Shown: one piece after another, positions 20,274-31,309 of the stretch
Layout of the letters: each line of letters opens with the position of its first letter
How positions within the stretch are numbered: the first letter of the stretch is position 1
NCBI GenBank assembly: GCA_965369655.1
Contig: CBDUQR010000001.1
Location: forward strand, 1 to 64,000
DNA length: 64,000 bases
Direction of reading: 5' to 3'
Source of the DNA: an uncultured bacterium
GTDB lineage: Bacteria; Zixibacteria; MSB-5A5; JAABVY01; JAHJOQ01
Notes under the pieces: generated by a model
The model's database searches: none
What the model was told of the DNA's origin: nothing
What the model saw: the letters and a program-made list of their open reading frames with translations, nothing else
Translations under genes and position numbers: made by a program

Positions 20274-22904
20274 TCAGAAATCGTGGCCGACGTCAATGTA
20301 GAATCGGTCGTGCTTGTCATCGGTTCGACCGTAGGAGACCGAGATTGGGCCAATGGGTGAATCATAGGCAAGCTCAATGCCGAAGGCGTGACGGAGGTTC
20401 CTGAACATGATCTCTTCAAGTGTCGACCAGACATTGCCCGTGTCGTATCTTCCGGTCACATAGAAACGATACGGCAATCTATAGCGAATTCCCATGTTTA
20501 CCCTGAACATCTTGTCGCCGTCGAGAGCGTCGTTGAAGAAGCCATAGAGAGTCCGATTGCCGCCGATGTAGAATTTTTCCCACTCGGGGAGTTCAATGTC
20601 TGAGATTCCTATCGCGAATGCCGGTTGCAGGCCGATTTGTCCTATCACCGGAATCTGGGCACGCCAGTCAAAGTATGCCTTCTTGTATCTGTTTTCTCCT
20701 CCGAACGCGTCGAAAGCGTATTCGAGGAAGAAGTGCGAAGCCACACCGATCCCCGGAAACGGGTACCTGTCGAGATTGTCGAGCCGTGACCTGAGCGTCA
20801 CGCTGCGGAAGTTCCTGTGTACAAGACCTGAGAACGCGGGAAGATCAATGCGGACCCGACTGGCTTTGGCTTCGAGAGTCACTATTCCCAGCCTGGCGAT
20901 TTGCTGTCCAAATGCGAATATCGCTCCCGTGTGTCGCTCCCGGTTAAACCCAAGAAATTTGTTGTCCGTGTAACGATCCCGCTTCAACCTGTCGTGGTAT
21001 AGATTCAGGTGATAAGTAAGGTATGTTTCGTATATCCTGTCAGCTTTCAAATGGAAGCTGTACGATTTCCGTTTTTCTCCGTATTGCACCCGAACAAACA
21101 ACTCGTGAGAATATCCGAGCACGTTGGCGTCGACGAAATCGACAAATGTCTCGGCGTGGTAGTGCTCGTGGTAATGTCCACCGAGACGGACAGAATTGAA
21201 CTTCCGCTCCTTGACTTCGATTCTCACCGATGCTCTCTTGTCTCGCCGATTAACATTCAGGTTCACCCTTTCGAACAGGCCGGTCGAGAAAATATTCGAC
21301 ATCCCCTTCTGAGCCGCATCGAGACTGAACGGGTCTCCTGTCTCGAGCGCAAAATTCCGTCTGATCACCCATCCCCTCGTGCGACTGTTTCCGACAACCT
21401 GCACTTTGCCTGTCAATCCCTCATTGATGTGAAAGATCAGCCTGCTGCGCGATCTGTCGAATCGGACAGAGTCGATCTCGGCAAGATCGTAACCATGCTT
21501 GCGGTAGACAGAGAGAATTCGATCCTTAGTCTGTTGCGCTCTTTCGGTCAAGCCTTCAGTCTGGTTGGTATCGCTGAGCGCCTCAGCTATGACATGATCA
21601 GGCAGAGTCTCATTTCCCGTCCAGCCGAATTCGAGCGGTGACTTGATTGGCTGCGGATCGAATTGCAGGACAGACATGCCTGCGGAGTCGATGATCCTGA
21701 TCGCCAGACTCTGCAGCGTTCCCTCCCGCATGATCTGAACAGCGGTCATCCTGACGTCTGATGAGTTGAGCTCCCAATGGTTACTCAGGTATGATCTCAG
21801 AGCGATGACAGATGGATGAGACGACAGCTCCGGCGGCGCTATGATCGAATCGACACACAGCAGATCGTCCGTCGTTTCTTTGACCGGACTTGACTCGATG
21901 CTATGCATTATCAAGGGCATTGCCTGGATGGCCGCTTTTCGCCCAAGTTCGATCAACTGATCGATATTATCGAAATCCGTAGCCAGATGGTCATCCAGTT
22001 CCGGGACTATGACCACATCGGCCTGGCTCAGTTCGCGTCGCCGCGCCTCGAGTTGCATGATCGTCGTAGTCTGATTTGCTATGTCGACGGCATTAGTTAT
22101 CTGATCTCTGCTCAGCAGGCCTGACGTCGTGTTGACAGCTATCACAAAATCGCATCCCTCGGAAATCGCGACTTCGACCGGGATCGGAGTCAGCAACCCC
22201 CCATCCATCAGCATCATCGAATCGATTTCGAGTGGAGTAAATGCTAAGGGCACGCTCATGGTCGCTCTGAGAGCATCTGCGAGATTACCTTTTTTGAGGA
22301 CGACAGATTTCGCCGTCAGTATATCGACTGCGCAGATTCGGAGCGGGATACTTAGTCTGTCGAAATCGTGCCGCGACCGGTAGTTTGGCTCCAGCGCCAA
22401 TTTCGTGAAAAATGAATTGAGTTTCTGACCTCCGGTCAAAGCTGTCGGAATAGTCGGTTTGAGTCCATCAAAACGAATTGTCAGCAGATGCCTCTCCCCA
22501 TGTTCTCGCTGGGTCAGGAACAGACTCGACCGTTTGGGCTTGTCGGAAAAGAAGCCACCCCACTCGACCGATCGGGTTATCTGCTCGATGCTGTCAGCCG
22601 TATAACCTGCCGCCCAGAGTCCTCCGATGATGCCCCCCATGCTCGTCCCGGCGACCAGATCGATTTTCAGGCCGCGCAACTCAAATTCCTTCAGGACACC
22701 GATCTGCGCCAGTCCGCGAGCACCCCCGCCGGACAAAACCAGGCCGACGCGAGGTCGCGCTTCCTCTGAAATCTCACAAGAGAAGTCATGTTCGAGGATG
22801 TCGTCGAGAGAGAGTCTGATCAAAGTAGTCGTTTCAGCGCTGAGAGGTGTCGCAAGAGTCGCGACAATCAATAGCATTGAGAACAGCCACAAGCGAGTAT
22901 TCAT
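20274..22904 (-). CDS. Patatin-like phospholipase fused to POTRA and an Omp85 barrel (PlpD/type Vd-like)
   Basis: GGGARG, GTSMG and DGG motifs; POTRA ([12 protein letters not shown]); barrel ending in GHDF. Confidence 0.92.
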   Translation of the reverse strand: MNTRLWLFSMLLIVATLATPLSAETTTLIRLSLDDILEHDFSCEISEEARPRVGLVLSGGGARGLAQIGVLKEFELRGLKIDLVAGTSMGGIIGGLWAAGYTADSIEQITRSVEWGGFFSDKPKRSSLFLTQREHGERHLLTIRFDGLKPTIPTALTGGQKLNSFFTKLALEPNYRSRHDFDRLSIPLRICAVDILTAKSVVLKKGNLADALRATMSVPLAFTPLEIDSMMLMDGGLLTPIPVEVAISEGCDFVIAVNTTSGLLSRDQITNAVDIANQTTTIMQLEARRRELSQADVVIVPELDDHLATDFDNIDQLIELGRKAAIQAMPLIMHSIESSPVKETTDDLLCVDSIIAPPELSSHPSVIALRSYLSNHWELNSSDVRMTAVQIMREGTLQSLAIRIIDSAGMSVLQFDPQPIKSPLEFGWTGNETLPDHVIAEALSDTNQTEGLTERAQQTKDRILSVYRKHGYDLAEIDSVRFDRSRSRLIFHINEGLTGKVQVVGNSRTRGWVIRRNFALETGDPFSLDAAQKGMSNIFSTGLFERVNLNVNRRDKRASVRIEVKERKFNSVRLGGHYHEHYHAETFVDFVDANVLGYSHELFVRVQYGEKRKSYSFHLKADRIYETYLTYHLNLYHDRLKRDRYTDNKFLGFNRERHTGAIFAFGQQIARLGIVTLEAKASRVRIDLPAFSGLVHRNFRSVTLRSRLDNLDRYPFPGIGVASHFFLEYAFDAFGGENRYKKAYFDWRAQIPVIGQIGLQPAFAIGISDIELPEWEKFYIGGNRTLYGFFNDALDGDKMFRVNMGIRYRLPYRFYVTGRYDTGNVWSTLEEIMFRNLRHAFGIELAYDSPIGPISVSYGRTDDKHDRFYIDVGHDF

Positions 22905-22997
22905 TGGCGAACATTACGAAACCTCTTCGGCTATGGCAACACAATTCCCCGCGCTGTTTGAGTTGACAAGCGCCCGATGAATGGCGTAATTTCGTCC

Positions 22998-23798
22998 ATG
23001 AAACTCAGTTCGAGGCATCTCTCCAGGCTTGTCCAGTTGAAATCCAGAAAGGGTCGCCTGAAGCATCGGGCATTCATCGTGTCAGGTGTAAGGGCGGTAT
23101 CCGAGCTGATTGGAGCTGGGTGGAAGCCGGAGTTGTATGCAGTTGCCAGATCAGAGTTGACCGACACCGGCAGGGAATTCGTTGCAAAGCTCAACCCGAC
23201 CGAGACTTATGATGTCACTACCAGAGACCTGCGCAAGGTCGATAGCTCAACCACGTCGCAGGGCGTGATAGCACTGGTCCCGTACGAAGACCCGCCTGCG
23301 CGCGGTATGAAATCTGATCCTGTCCTTGCGCTCGATGACATCGCGGATCCGTCGAACCTTGGCTCAATCCTGCGATCGGCGCACGCTTTTAATTTTCGCA
23401 GAGTAATCATGGGGACTGCATCGTGTGACCCGTTTTCGCCCAAAGTCATCCGTGCGGCGGCTGGGATGCTGTTTCATCTCGACCTGAAACCGGTAACAGA
23501 TATGACTGCTGCCATGATGGAACTGAGAGATTCAGGGTATTCGATTCTTGGAGCGGATATGGGCGGTTCTGAGATCAGTTCGTGCCCGGCCGGGCTCGAC
23601 AGGATATGCCTTGTGGTTGGGAATGAGGCCTTCGGGATGTCACCCGAAGTTGCCGCCCTGTGCGACATGCTCGTGAGAATTCCAATATCCGACAAGTGCG
23701 AGTCGCTGAGCGCTCCTGTGGCAGCAGCCATAGTCATGTACGAAGTCTCAAAGAACCTTACGGTATGCGACAAGACTGCGCAACATCGGGCCTCGTGA
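22998..23798 (+). CDS. TrmH-family (SPOUT) RNA methyltransferase
   Basis: DPSNLGSILRSA, VVGNEAFG and ESLSAPVAAAI; ATG 22998 follows a TTGACA-18-TAATTT promoter. Confidence 0.92.
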   Translation: MKLSSRHLSRLVQLKSRKGRLKHRAFIVSGVRAVSELIGAGWKPELYAVARSELTDTGREFVAKLNPTETYDVTTRDLRKVDSSTTSQGVIALVPYEDPPARGMKSDPVLALDDIADPSNLGSILRSAHAFNFRRVIMGTASCDPFSPKVIRAAAGMLFHLDLKPVTDMTAAMMELRDSGYSILGADMGGSEISSCPAGLDRICLVVGNEAFGMSPEVAALCDMLVRIPISDKCESLSAPVAAAIVMYEVSKNLTVCDKTAQHRAS

Positions 23799-23837
23799 GC
23801 CGTATTATATACTGTAAAATGAAAGGCACTTCATACT

Positions 23838-24914
23838 ATGCCAAGTACAGGTAACTTATTCTGCCGCATCCTGATAGTAGCAGTTATGCTCGCGATCTGG
23901 TCGGTGAGTGCTTCGGCTGTGAAGATCGTGAGCGTCTCGAACGAGATATATGAATCAGAACAAGTAATCAGCGATCTCGACACTGAGCAGATTGAGCGCA
24001 TTGTCGTTAGTACATCCGGATCTCTCTCGGGAACAGTCGCAATACACACGGCTGAGTCGGACCACACGCTTTCATACGTTCAGCATTTCAAGGCGATCTC
24101 TCTGGAGCAGGCCGAGGAGTTCGCCGTGTATCTCGATGTGTCGACATCCGGAGGGAATGGGACGATCCGAGTTGAGGTGAGCGCTCGTCGAAATGCGCCA
24201 TGGGAGGGAACGAATTTCTCCGCGCGTCTGGAATTACATATTTCCGTACCGGAGTCGATTGCTGTTGAAATTGACTCGCGATCATTCGATGCGAATATCG
24301 CTGGTCCTTTTTCGACCGTTCACGTGAACAATGAATTCGGCAAAATCAAGGTCAGGGATGTGTACGAAGGGCTGATTGTCAACACCACCAATAGTCGCGT
24401 TACGTTGCAGGATGTCAGCGGGGGTGTCGACGTGTCAACGTCGAACAATCCGATCAAGGCCCAGAATATCGATACGCGGGGCGAAGTCGCCCGTTTCACC
24501 AATGAGTATGGATTGATTGAAGTATCTCGGTTCAGTGGAAGGCTTTACTGCGAGACATCCTACTCTCCCATTGATTTGAGGGGCATCCGTCTCAAACCGG
24601 GAGACTCGCGACTCGCGACAACCTATAGTGCCATTGAAGCTGAGATCATCGAAATCGATAGCGCTGATCTGTATGTAAGCGACAATTTCTCCAATGTCTA
24701 TCTCACACTGCCCGAGACTGTTGAGGCTGAGTTTGACCTGAACACGGACAAGGGCGGCAGGATCTATCTCCACGGTATTCCGGTCACTCCGATCGAAATG
24801 GAACAACAGCATCTTCTCGCCCGCACAGACAACCCTGATTCACATATTCGTGTCGACATCAGCGGAATCGGCACAATCGAAATCAGGGGTAAGAAATTCT
24901 ACGGGGCGCCCTGA
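23838..24914 (+). CDS. DUF4097-like beta-strand repeat exported protein
   Basis: Signal peptide and repeated beta-solenoid pattern. Confidence 0.7.
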   Translation: MPSTGNLFCRILIVAVMLAIWSVSASAVKIVSVSNEIYESEQVISDLDTEQIERIVVSTSGSLSGTVAIHTAESDHTLSYVQHFKAISLEQAEEFAVYLDVSTSGGNGTIRVEVSARRNAPWEGTNFSARLELHISVPESIAVEIDSRSFDANIAGPFSTVHVNNEFGKIKVRDVYEGLIVNTTNSRVTLQDVSGGVDVSTSNNPIKAQNIDTRGEVARFTNEYGLIEVSRFSGRLYCETSYSPIDLRGIRLKPGDSRLATTYSAIEAEIIEIDSADLYVSDNFSNVYLTLPETVEAEFDLNTDKGGRIYLHGIPVTPIEMEQQHLLARTDNPDSHIRVDISGIGTIEIRGKKFYGAP

Positions 24915-25067
24915 ACCCATTTCCCGACCTGATACGATAGCAGACTCAAGTTAATATTGGTTGCTCCTGATCGGCGATCCTCTTATGATTATCTGAAACG
25001 GATACCAGCCTGGAGCGGTCGTCCTATCCGGTGAGTGTTCGTCTAAAAGGATTCATCTTGTCAGGGA

Positions 25068-27494
25068 GTGACCATGAAGCATGCATACGTTCTGATCCTG
25101 ATTTTCGCATTAGTCGTAGTTCAGCCATGTAGTTCCGAGACAGCAAGGTACCCGTCCCTCGAATACCCGATCCCGCCGCAATCGGTATCCGATGCGACTG
25201 GCGCAGACGGATTCGCCTTCAATCCAGCCTCGCTGAAAACGAACAGTGAACTGGAAGTCTCGTACTACCACTCGTTCAATGATTCGACATTCGACGGTGA
25301 CAACGGCTTTGCGACCGCACGTCTGGGCGCGGGATTCTCGTACCACAATCTTCATCTCGACGGCAAGACCGGGATAAACTCCTGGACATTGGGTGCAGGT
25401 TCAAAGTACGGGAGACGTATTCTGATCGGTGCGACCTATACATTTTTCAAGACCGACCGCGAAGGTTATCACAACGATCACTTCTGGAAAGCAGGTCTGC
25501 TCTACCGTCCCGGCAGGAAACTCTCCATCGCCGCAGTCGCCGACAATATCAACCGGATGGAATTCGACGGCAGGAAGACCAGGCGAGAGTTTACGATCGG
25601 AGCCGGAATCCGACCGGCTCGCGAACGGATCACGCTCGCAGCCGACTACAAGTTCTTCGAGGACGAGCGATTCGAGCATGGCGCGTTGACAGGTTACGGG
25701 AGCATCGTCGTGAAGGATGGGGTCGTGCTGAGGGGACACATCGATGAATACTGGGCATTCGGAGTGGGGCTGTCCATTTCGTTCGGCAAGTCGACCTCCA
25801 CAGGCTATGCTCGCTTCGATGACAGCGGGGATTTCTCCAGCGGAATCCTGTCTCACAGTTTCAGCCACAGTTCCAGAGGAAATGCGATTGTCCGGAGAGC
25901 CAGGCATGTCGAATTGAAGCTTTCCGGCGCATATCCTGAGGAGAAGCTGGAAAGCCGTCTCTGGAAAAAAAGTAGCAGGACATTCGGAGATCTCGTGCTC
26001 GGTCTGGATCGATTGACTGGCGACCCGACAGTGACAGGCGTGTCGCTCTACATTGATTCTCCGAGACTCGGATTCGCGCAGCTCGAGGAATTGAGATCGT
26101 CGCTTGTCAGACTTCGCAAACGTGGCAAGCTGGTGACAGCATATCTCGCTCCTCTCTCCGGAACCGGCGCATATTTCCTCGCATCGGCAGCAGATCGAAT
26201 CGCGATGCAGGAGCTTGACGCTCTAAACATAACCGGCCTCATGGCGGAAGTCACTTTCTACAAGGGGACGCTCGATAAGCTCGGCATTGAGGCGCAGATG
26301 GAAGCTATCGGCGAATACAAATCTGCTCCCGAACTCCTGACGCGGGACAGCATGTCTGTCTACCATAGAGAGGCAATCGATGACCTTCTCGATGACATCT
26401 GGGAGACACTGATCGACGACATCAGCGAATCTCGCCAGATTCCGGAAGCAGAACTTCGCGCTCTGATCGATCGCGCTCCTCTCACATCTCAAGAGGCGCT
26501 TGGCACTGGTCTGGTCGATACGATCCTCTATCCCGACGAGTTTGAGAAGTGGACCAACGAAGGACATGGTCGATTGTCATTCGACGAGTATCTTTCTCGC
26601 AGGGATTATTCAACCAGATGGGACTCACCGGACAGGATCGCCGTGATCCCGGTCGAGGGCGAGATCGTCCGTGGTCACAGCTCGAACAGGCTGTATTTCG
26701 GCAAAACGCTCGGGTCTGCGACTCTCGTTAAGGCGATCAGCCGTGCGCGCGGCGATGACGACGTGAAGGCCATCGTTCTCAGGGTCAACAGTCCCGGCGG
26801 CGAATCATTCGGGTCCGAGGCGATCCGGCGCGAACTCGAACTGACCCGCGAGACCAAACCGGTAGTCGTCTCGATGGGCAATGTCGCGGCATCAGGCGGA
26901 TATCATGTGTCGTCGGCTTCAGACTACATTCTGGCGCAGGCTACCACGCTGACAGGTTCCATTGGCGTGTTCTATGGCAAGCTGGATTTCTCCGGGCTGC
27001 GTGAGAAGATCGGGTTTTCGACCTTCCATCTGAAACGAGGAACGAATGCTGATTTCTATACTTGGAACAAGAGCTTCAGCGAGGATCAGCGAACCAGACT
27101 GCGAAATCTCATCGAGTTTATCTATGATGATTTCATAAGCAAGGTGGCTGAGAACAGGAATATGACGACCGATGAGGTCGACCTCGTAGCGCGTGGACGG
27201 GTATGGAGCGGCAAGCGAGCGATAGAGCACAATCTTGTCGACCGAGTGGGCGGCCTGTCAGATGCGGTGAACGAAGCGTGTCGACGAGCGGGAATCGACC
27301 GCGATGAAACCATAGTAGAAATAGTCCCAACGCGTAAGCAGTCATTGATCCCAGAGTTCCCTGATCTGGCGTTTGCATCCGACCTGATCGGTTTCGTGGT
27401 CGGGAGCAGATATCAGAACAGTCCCACAGACTTGGATCTTCCACTGACCGGCAACTGGCTTTACCGCAGCCCATATGATATAGTCATCAGATAG
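25068..27494 (+). CDS. sppA: Signal peptide peptidase SppA with an N-terminal beta-barrel-like domain
   Basis: GEYKSAPE, LRVNSPGG, KPVVVSMGNVAASGGY, TGSIGV and GRVWSG motifs. Confidence 0.92.
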   Translation: MTMKHAYVLILIFALVVVQPCSSETARYPSLEYPIPPQSVSDATGADGFAFNPASLKTNSELEVSYYHSFNDSTFDGDNGFATARLGAGFSYHNLHLDGKTGINSWTLGAGSKYGRRILIGATYTFFKTDREGYHNDHFWKAGLLYRPGRKLSIAAVADNINRMEFDGRKTRREFTIGAGIRPARERITLAADYKFFEDERFEHGALTGYGSIVVKDGVVLRGHIDEYWAFGVGLSISFGKSTSTGYARFDDSGDFSSGILSHSFSHSSRGNAIVRRARHVELKLSGAYPEEKLESRLWKKSSRTFGDLVLGLDRLTGDPTVTGVSLYIDSPRLGFAQLEELRSSLVRLRKRGKLVTAYLAPLSGTGAYFLASAADRIAMQELDALNITGLMAEVTFYKGTLDKLGIEAQMEAIGEYKSAPELLTRDSMSVYHREAIDDLLDDIWETLIDDISESRQIPEAELRALIDRAPLTSQEALGTGLVDTILYPDEFEKWTNEGHGRLSFDEYLSRRDYSTRWDSPDRIAVIPVEGEIVRGHSSNRLYFGKTLGSATLVKAISRARGDDDVKAIVLRVNSPGGESFGSEAIRRELELTRETKPVVVSMGNVAASGGYHVSSASDYILAQATTLTGSIGVFYGKLDFSGLREKIGFSTFHLKRGTNADFYTWNKSFSEDQRTRLRNLIEFIYDDFISKVAENRNMTTDEVDLVARGRVWSGKRAIEHNLVDRVGGLSDAVNEACRRAGIDRDETIVEIVPTRKQSLIPEFPDLAFASDLIGFVVGSRYQNSPTDLDLPLTGNWLYRSPYDIVIR

Positions 27495-27543
27495 ATCCCC
27501 CCGTGTCGATTGGAACCGCCCCGATTGAGCTCTGGAATACAGC

Positions 27544-28011
27544 CTACTCTGTGAATGCCTTCAGCAGACCGATGCCGGTAATCGTAGCAATGCTGACGAT
27601 TACTCCTGCTATGACAACTCCCAGAGCAAGATATCCGAATGCTCTGAGTCTGTTCAGCTTCAGTGTCCATGCGGCGAGTGTTCCGGTGTAAGCTCCGGTT
27701 ATCGGGAGCGGTATCGCAACGAACAGCATGACGCCCCAGTACCCCCATTTCCGGACATTGCGCTCGGCTTTCTTTCTCGTTCTCTCGACGAGCCTGTCAA
27801 AAAGGAAACGGTACAATGAGAGCTTGTAGAACTGCTGGTGCAGAGTGTCGAGAAAGAGAAACACCGCAGGAATGACGAGCATGTTCGAGATAACGCAGAT
27901 CATATAGGCGACCGGGATGCTGATACCACCGGCAGCGGCATACGGGATACCTCCGCGCAATTCAGCAATTGGCAGGACAGAGAGTATTATGGAGTGAATG
28001 ATTACATCCAT
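27544..28011 (-). CDS. Small multi-drug export family membrane protein
   Basis: PIAELRGGIP and FVAIPLPITGAYTG motifs. Confidence 0.88.
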   Translation of the reverse strand: MDVIIHSIILSVLPIAELRGGIPYAAAGGISIPVAYMICVISNMLVIPAVFLFLDTLHQQFYKLSLYRFLFDRLVERTRKKAERNVRKWGYWGVMLFVAIPLPITGAYTGTLAAWTLKLNRLRAFGYLALGVVIAGVIVSIATITGIGLLKAFTE

Positions 28012-28019
28012 ATCGAAGC

Positions 28020-29315
28020 TTACTCGGCTCTTGTAACTCGTATCTTGTCGATACGATTGCCAGTCTTTTCAGTGACTGTGAATATCAAATCGTCGAATTC
28101 GATCCTCCGGTTTAGAATCGGTATTTCGTCCAGATAATTGAAAATAAAGCCACCCATCGAATCAGCAATATCCTCGGGGATTGCGCTCCCCATGAGTTTG
28201 TTGAAATCGTCGACACTCATCCGCGCCGAGATTTCGGTCGAGCCATCGGACAGAGTCCTGTACTCGACTTCTTCCGTGTCGTATTCGTCCTGAATCTCGC
28301 CGACAATCTCTTCGATGATATCCTCGAGTGTAATAATGCCCGCGGTTCCGCCAAACTCATCGAGCACGATTGCCATGTGCATTTGCTTTCGCTGGAAATC
28401 TTTCAGCAGTTCGGTGAGGCTCTTCGAGTCGGGTACGAAGAACGGTGTTCTGAGGATGTCCTGCACGATAATCAGCTCGGAATGACACATCATGTGAACA
28501 ACATCCTTCGTGTACAACAGCCCGACCACGTTGTCGATTGTATCCTTGAATACCGGGTAACGGGAGCGACCCTGCTCGGACAGAAATCGAAGCGCCATAT
28601 CCGTGTGCCAGTCGATATTGATCGCTGAAATGTCTGTTCTGGGAGTCATCGCCTTGCGAACTGTGCGCTCGGTAAATTCGAAGACGGAAGCAATCAGTTC
28701 ATGCTCTTCCTCACTGAATTCTCCCGACTTCCGCCCATCTGCGATAATCTGCACAATCTCCTCCTCGGTGATACTGGTGCGTTCGGGTACCCTGTCGAGC
28801 TTGAGCAGTCTTACTATGAGCTTGCTCGTGAAAGTCAGGAATTGAACCGGTACGAAGATGATCTTCATGAACAAAGCCATCGGTCTGGCGACCGACAGCG
28901 ATATCCGCTCGGCATATTGCATCCCGAGTCGTTTGGGGACAAGCTCGCCTATGACCAGCGTAAGAAATACTATCGCGACAACCACGATCGCGATGGAGAT
29001 TGAAGCGGCGAAGTTCCTGAGAAACGGAACGGATGACTCTGACAGCGACAGAGTCAGCCTCTCGGCTATCGTTGCGCCGCCGACAACCGACGCCAGAGTT
29101 CCGACCAGCGTTATGCCGACCTGTATCGCGGCGACGAAACTGTCAGGGTTTGATTTGAGACGCTTGACAATCCCTGCTCGCCTGTTGCCTTTCTCGATGA
29201 GCCGAGAAATCTGGGCTTTCCTGGTCGAGATCAGGGCGTATTCGGACGCAGCGAAAAACCCGTTTGCGAGAATCAACGCAAGGATAGCGGCGAGTTCGAT
29301 CCAGAACATGTCCAT
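28020..29315 (-). CDS. CNNM/hemolysin-family protein (DUF21-CBS-CorC)
   Basis: NGFFAASEYA, GELVPK, MTPR, SRYPV and DEFGGTAGIITLEDIIEEIVGEI. Confidence 0.95.
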   Translation of the reverse strand: MDMFWIELAAILALILANGFFAASEYALISTRKAQISRLIEKGNRRAGIVKRLKSNPDSFVAAIQVGITLVGTLASVVGGATIAERLTLSLSESSVPFLRNFAASISIAIVVVAIVFLTLVIGELVPKRLGMQYAERISLSVARPMALFMKIIFVPVQFLTFTSKLIVRLLKLDRVPERTSITEEEIVQIIADGRKSGEFSEEEHELIASVFEFTERTVRKAMTPRTDISAINIDWHTDMALRFLSEQGRSRYPVFKDTIDNVVGLLYTKDVVHMMCHSELIIVQDILRTPFFVPDSKSLTELLKDFQRKQMHMAIVLDEFGGTAGIITLEDIIEEIVGEIQDEYDTEEVEYRTLSDGSTEISARMSVDDFNKLMGSAIPEDIADSMGGFIFNYLDEIPILNRRIEFDDLIFTVTEKTGNRIDKIRVTRAE

Positions 29316-29432
29316 CCTGACTCGAATATAGAGATTCTGTGCTCGCACCGCAATATTCAACTACTCAACTCGAAAAGACGATCCTAATCAATTTGCATAC
29401 AATCGGCGCCTGTAGTATATTCGTCCCAATTT

Positions 29433-30527
29433 ATGTCGTGGCAACAGGTCAAATATCTTCAGGGAATTGTCTCAACTCTCAGAGTTGTAGTACTGCTGTA
29501 TCTGTTTCTCCTGTCGATCTCACTCCTCGGATCAGCATTCGAAGCGTTCGGGAGCGACTTCGCGAAGCAACTCGTAGATGCGACTTCAAGTCCGATACTT
29601 GGTCTTGTCGTAGGAATCATAGCGACGAGCCTCGTTCAGAGTTCCTCGGTGACGACTTCGCTGGTGGTCGGACTCGTGGGAGCGGGCGCGCTCAGCCTGC
29701 AGGGCGCCATCCCGATGGTAATGGGCGCTAATATCGGCACAACGGTCACAAATACACTCGTATCTATCGGTCATATCACCCGCAAGGAGGAGTTCAAGCG
29801 CGCATACTCCGCATCGGTTGTACACGATATATTCAATGTCATGGCCGTCCTGATACTGTTTCCGATTCAGGTCAAGTTCAATATACTCGGGAGACTGGCC
29901 GAATCGATTTCAGGGATGCTTGTTGGAGTCGGTGGAGTAAACTTCAAGAGCCCAATTAAGGCCATCGTGCAACCGACTGCCAACTTTACGGCCGATCTGG
30001 TCGGCGGAAGTCCCTGGATTCTGGTTGTAATTGCTGTTGTATTATTGTTCGTGTCTCTGAGCTTTCTTGTCAAGACCCTCAAATCAGTTGTGGTGGGACG
30101 CCTTCAGGTATTTTTCGACAAGGTCATATTCAAGAGCGCGCTGACCTCGATGGCGCTCGGCGCAGTTTTCACAATCCTGGTCCAGTCGAGTTCGATAACT
30201 ACGTCGCTCATCATCCCTCTTGCCGGAGCCGGCCTTCTGAATCTGTATCAGGTATTTCCATATACACTCGGCGCCAATATCGGCACGACAGTAACAGCGA
30301 TTCTTGCCTCGCTCGCTACGGGTCAGGTCTCAGCGGTCGTTGTCGCTCTGGCGCATCTACTTTTCAATGTTTTAGGGATAGTCATAATCTGGCCTATCAG
30401 GTCTGTTCCCATTAAGTTGGCGCAGATGATGGCCGATCTCTGTGTAAGGAATCGACTGCTGCCGGTCGTTTTTGTCCTGTTATTTTTCTATGGAATTCCC
30501 CTGGCAGTCGTATTATTGATGAGGTAA
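29433..30527 (+). CDS. Na+/phosphate cotransporter (NptA family)
   Basis: Duplicated QSSS...GANIGTT motifs. Confidence 0.93.
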   Translation: MSWQQVKYLQGIVSTLRVVVLLYLFLLSISLLGSAFEAFGSDFAKQLVDATSSPILGLVVGIIATSLVQSSSVTTSLVVGLVGAGALSLQGAIPMVMGANIGTTVTNTLVSIGHITRKEEFKRAYSASVVHDIFNVMAVLILFPIQVKFNILGRLAESISGMLVGVGGVNFKSPIKAIVQPTANFTADLVGGSPWILVVIAVVLLFVSLSFLVKTLKSVVVGRLQVFFDKVIFKSALTSMALGAVFTILVQSSSITTSLIIPLAGAGLLNLYQVFPYTLGANIGTTVTAILASLATGQVSAVVVALAHLLFNVLGIVIIWPIRSVPIKLAQMMADLCVRNRLLPVVFVLLFFYGIPLAVVLLMR

Positions 30528-30532
30528 TCGAA

Positions 30533-31255
30533 ATGCTTAGAACCATACTTAATCTTTTCAAACGCGAGAGCCTGATCGATCAGGCGTACTCGGACATCAT
30601 CATCATGCTCAAAGAGGATGAGGAGATGTTCGCCGAAGCGATCAGGAGTCTTCGCTATTCAGATACGGCGGAACTGAAGTTCGACATTCGCGAAAAAGAT
30701 AGAAAGATCAACAAGTTCGAGCGCGAGGTTCGAAAGAAAGTGCTTACACATCTCTCGCTGCTGAGCGGGTCCGATGTCCCGGCGGCCCTGGTCCTGACGA
30801 GTATTGTCATAGATGTCGAGCGAATCGGCGACTATTGCAAGAACATTGCCGATCTCGCGAGGCTGCATCCGATGCGGCTTCTGCTTGGTGAGCACGAGTT
30901 GGAGTACAACAGGATCGAAGAGGCTATTCATCTGAAGTTCAAGATCTGCATCAAGGCTCTCGAGGACTTCGATGTCGATCTTGCACGGCAGATACTCGCC
31001 GACCACAAGGGAATTTCCAGGTTTTGCGATCTGATGAACAAACGGCTGGTGCAGGGCAAAGTGAAGGACCTCGAGTACGGCGAATACGCATCTTTAGCTC
31101 TCTATACGAGGTACCTGAAACGAACGGCCGCTCATCTGTCGAACATAGCTTCATCTGTTGTGAATCCGTTTCACCGAATCGGTTTCAAGCCGAAAGACAT
31201 GAATACAGACTCCGACAGGCACGGGAAAAAAGCGAAAGGAAGCGACAAGAAGTAG
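30533..31255 (+). CDS. PhoU-domain protein
   Basis: INKFEREVR, DVERIGDYCKNI and RYLKRTAAHLSNIAS; follows the Na/Pi transporter. Confidence 0.88.
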   Translation: MLRTILNLFKRESLIDQAYSDIIIMLKEDEEMFAEAIRSLRYSDTAELKFDIREKDRKINKFEREVRKKVLTHLSLLSGSDVPAALVLTSIVIDVERIGDYCKNIADLARLHPMRLLLGEHELEYNRIEEAIHLKFKICIKALEDFDVDLARQILADHKGISRFCDLMNKRLVQGKVKDLEYGEYASLALYTRYLKRTAAHLSNIASSVVNPFHRIGFKPKDMNTDSDRHGKKAKGSDKK

Positions 31256-31309
31256 AATGCCACTCCGTATCTCGCCACGCAAACCCGACCACACGGTCAC
31301 ACTATTCTG

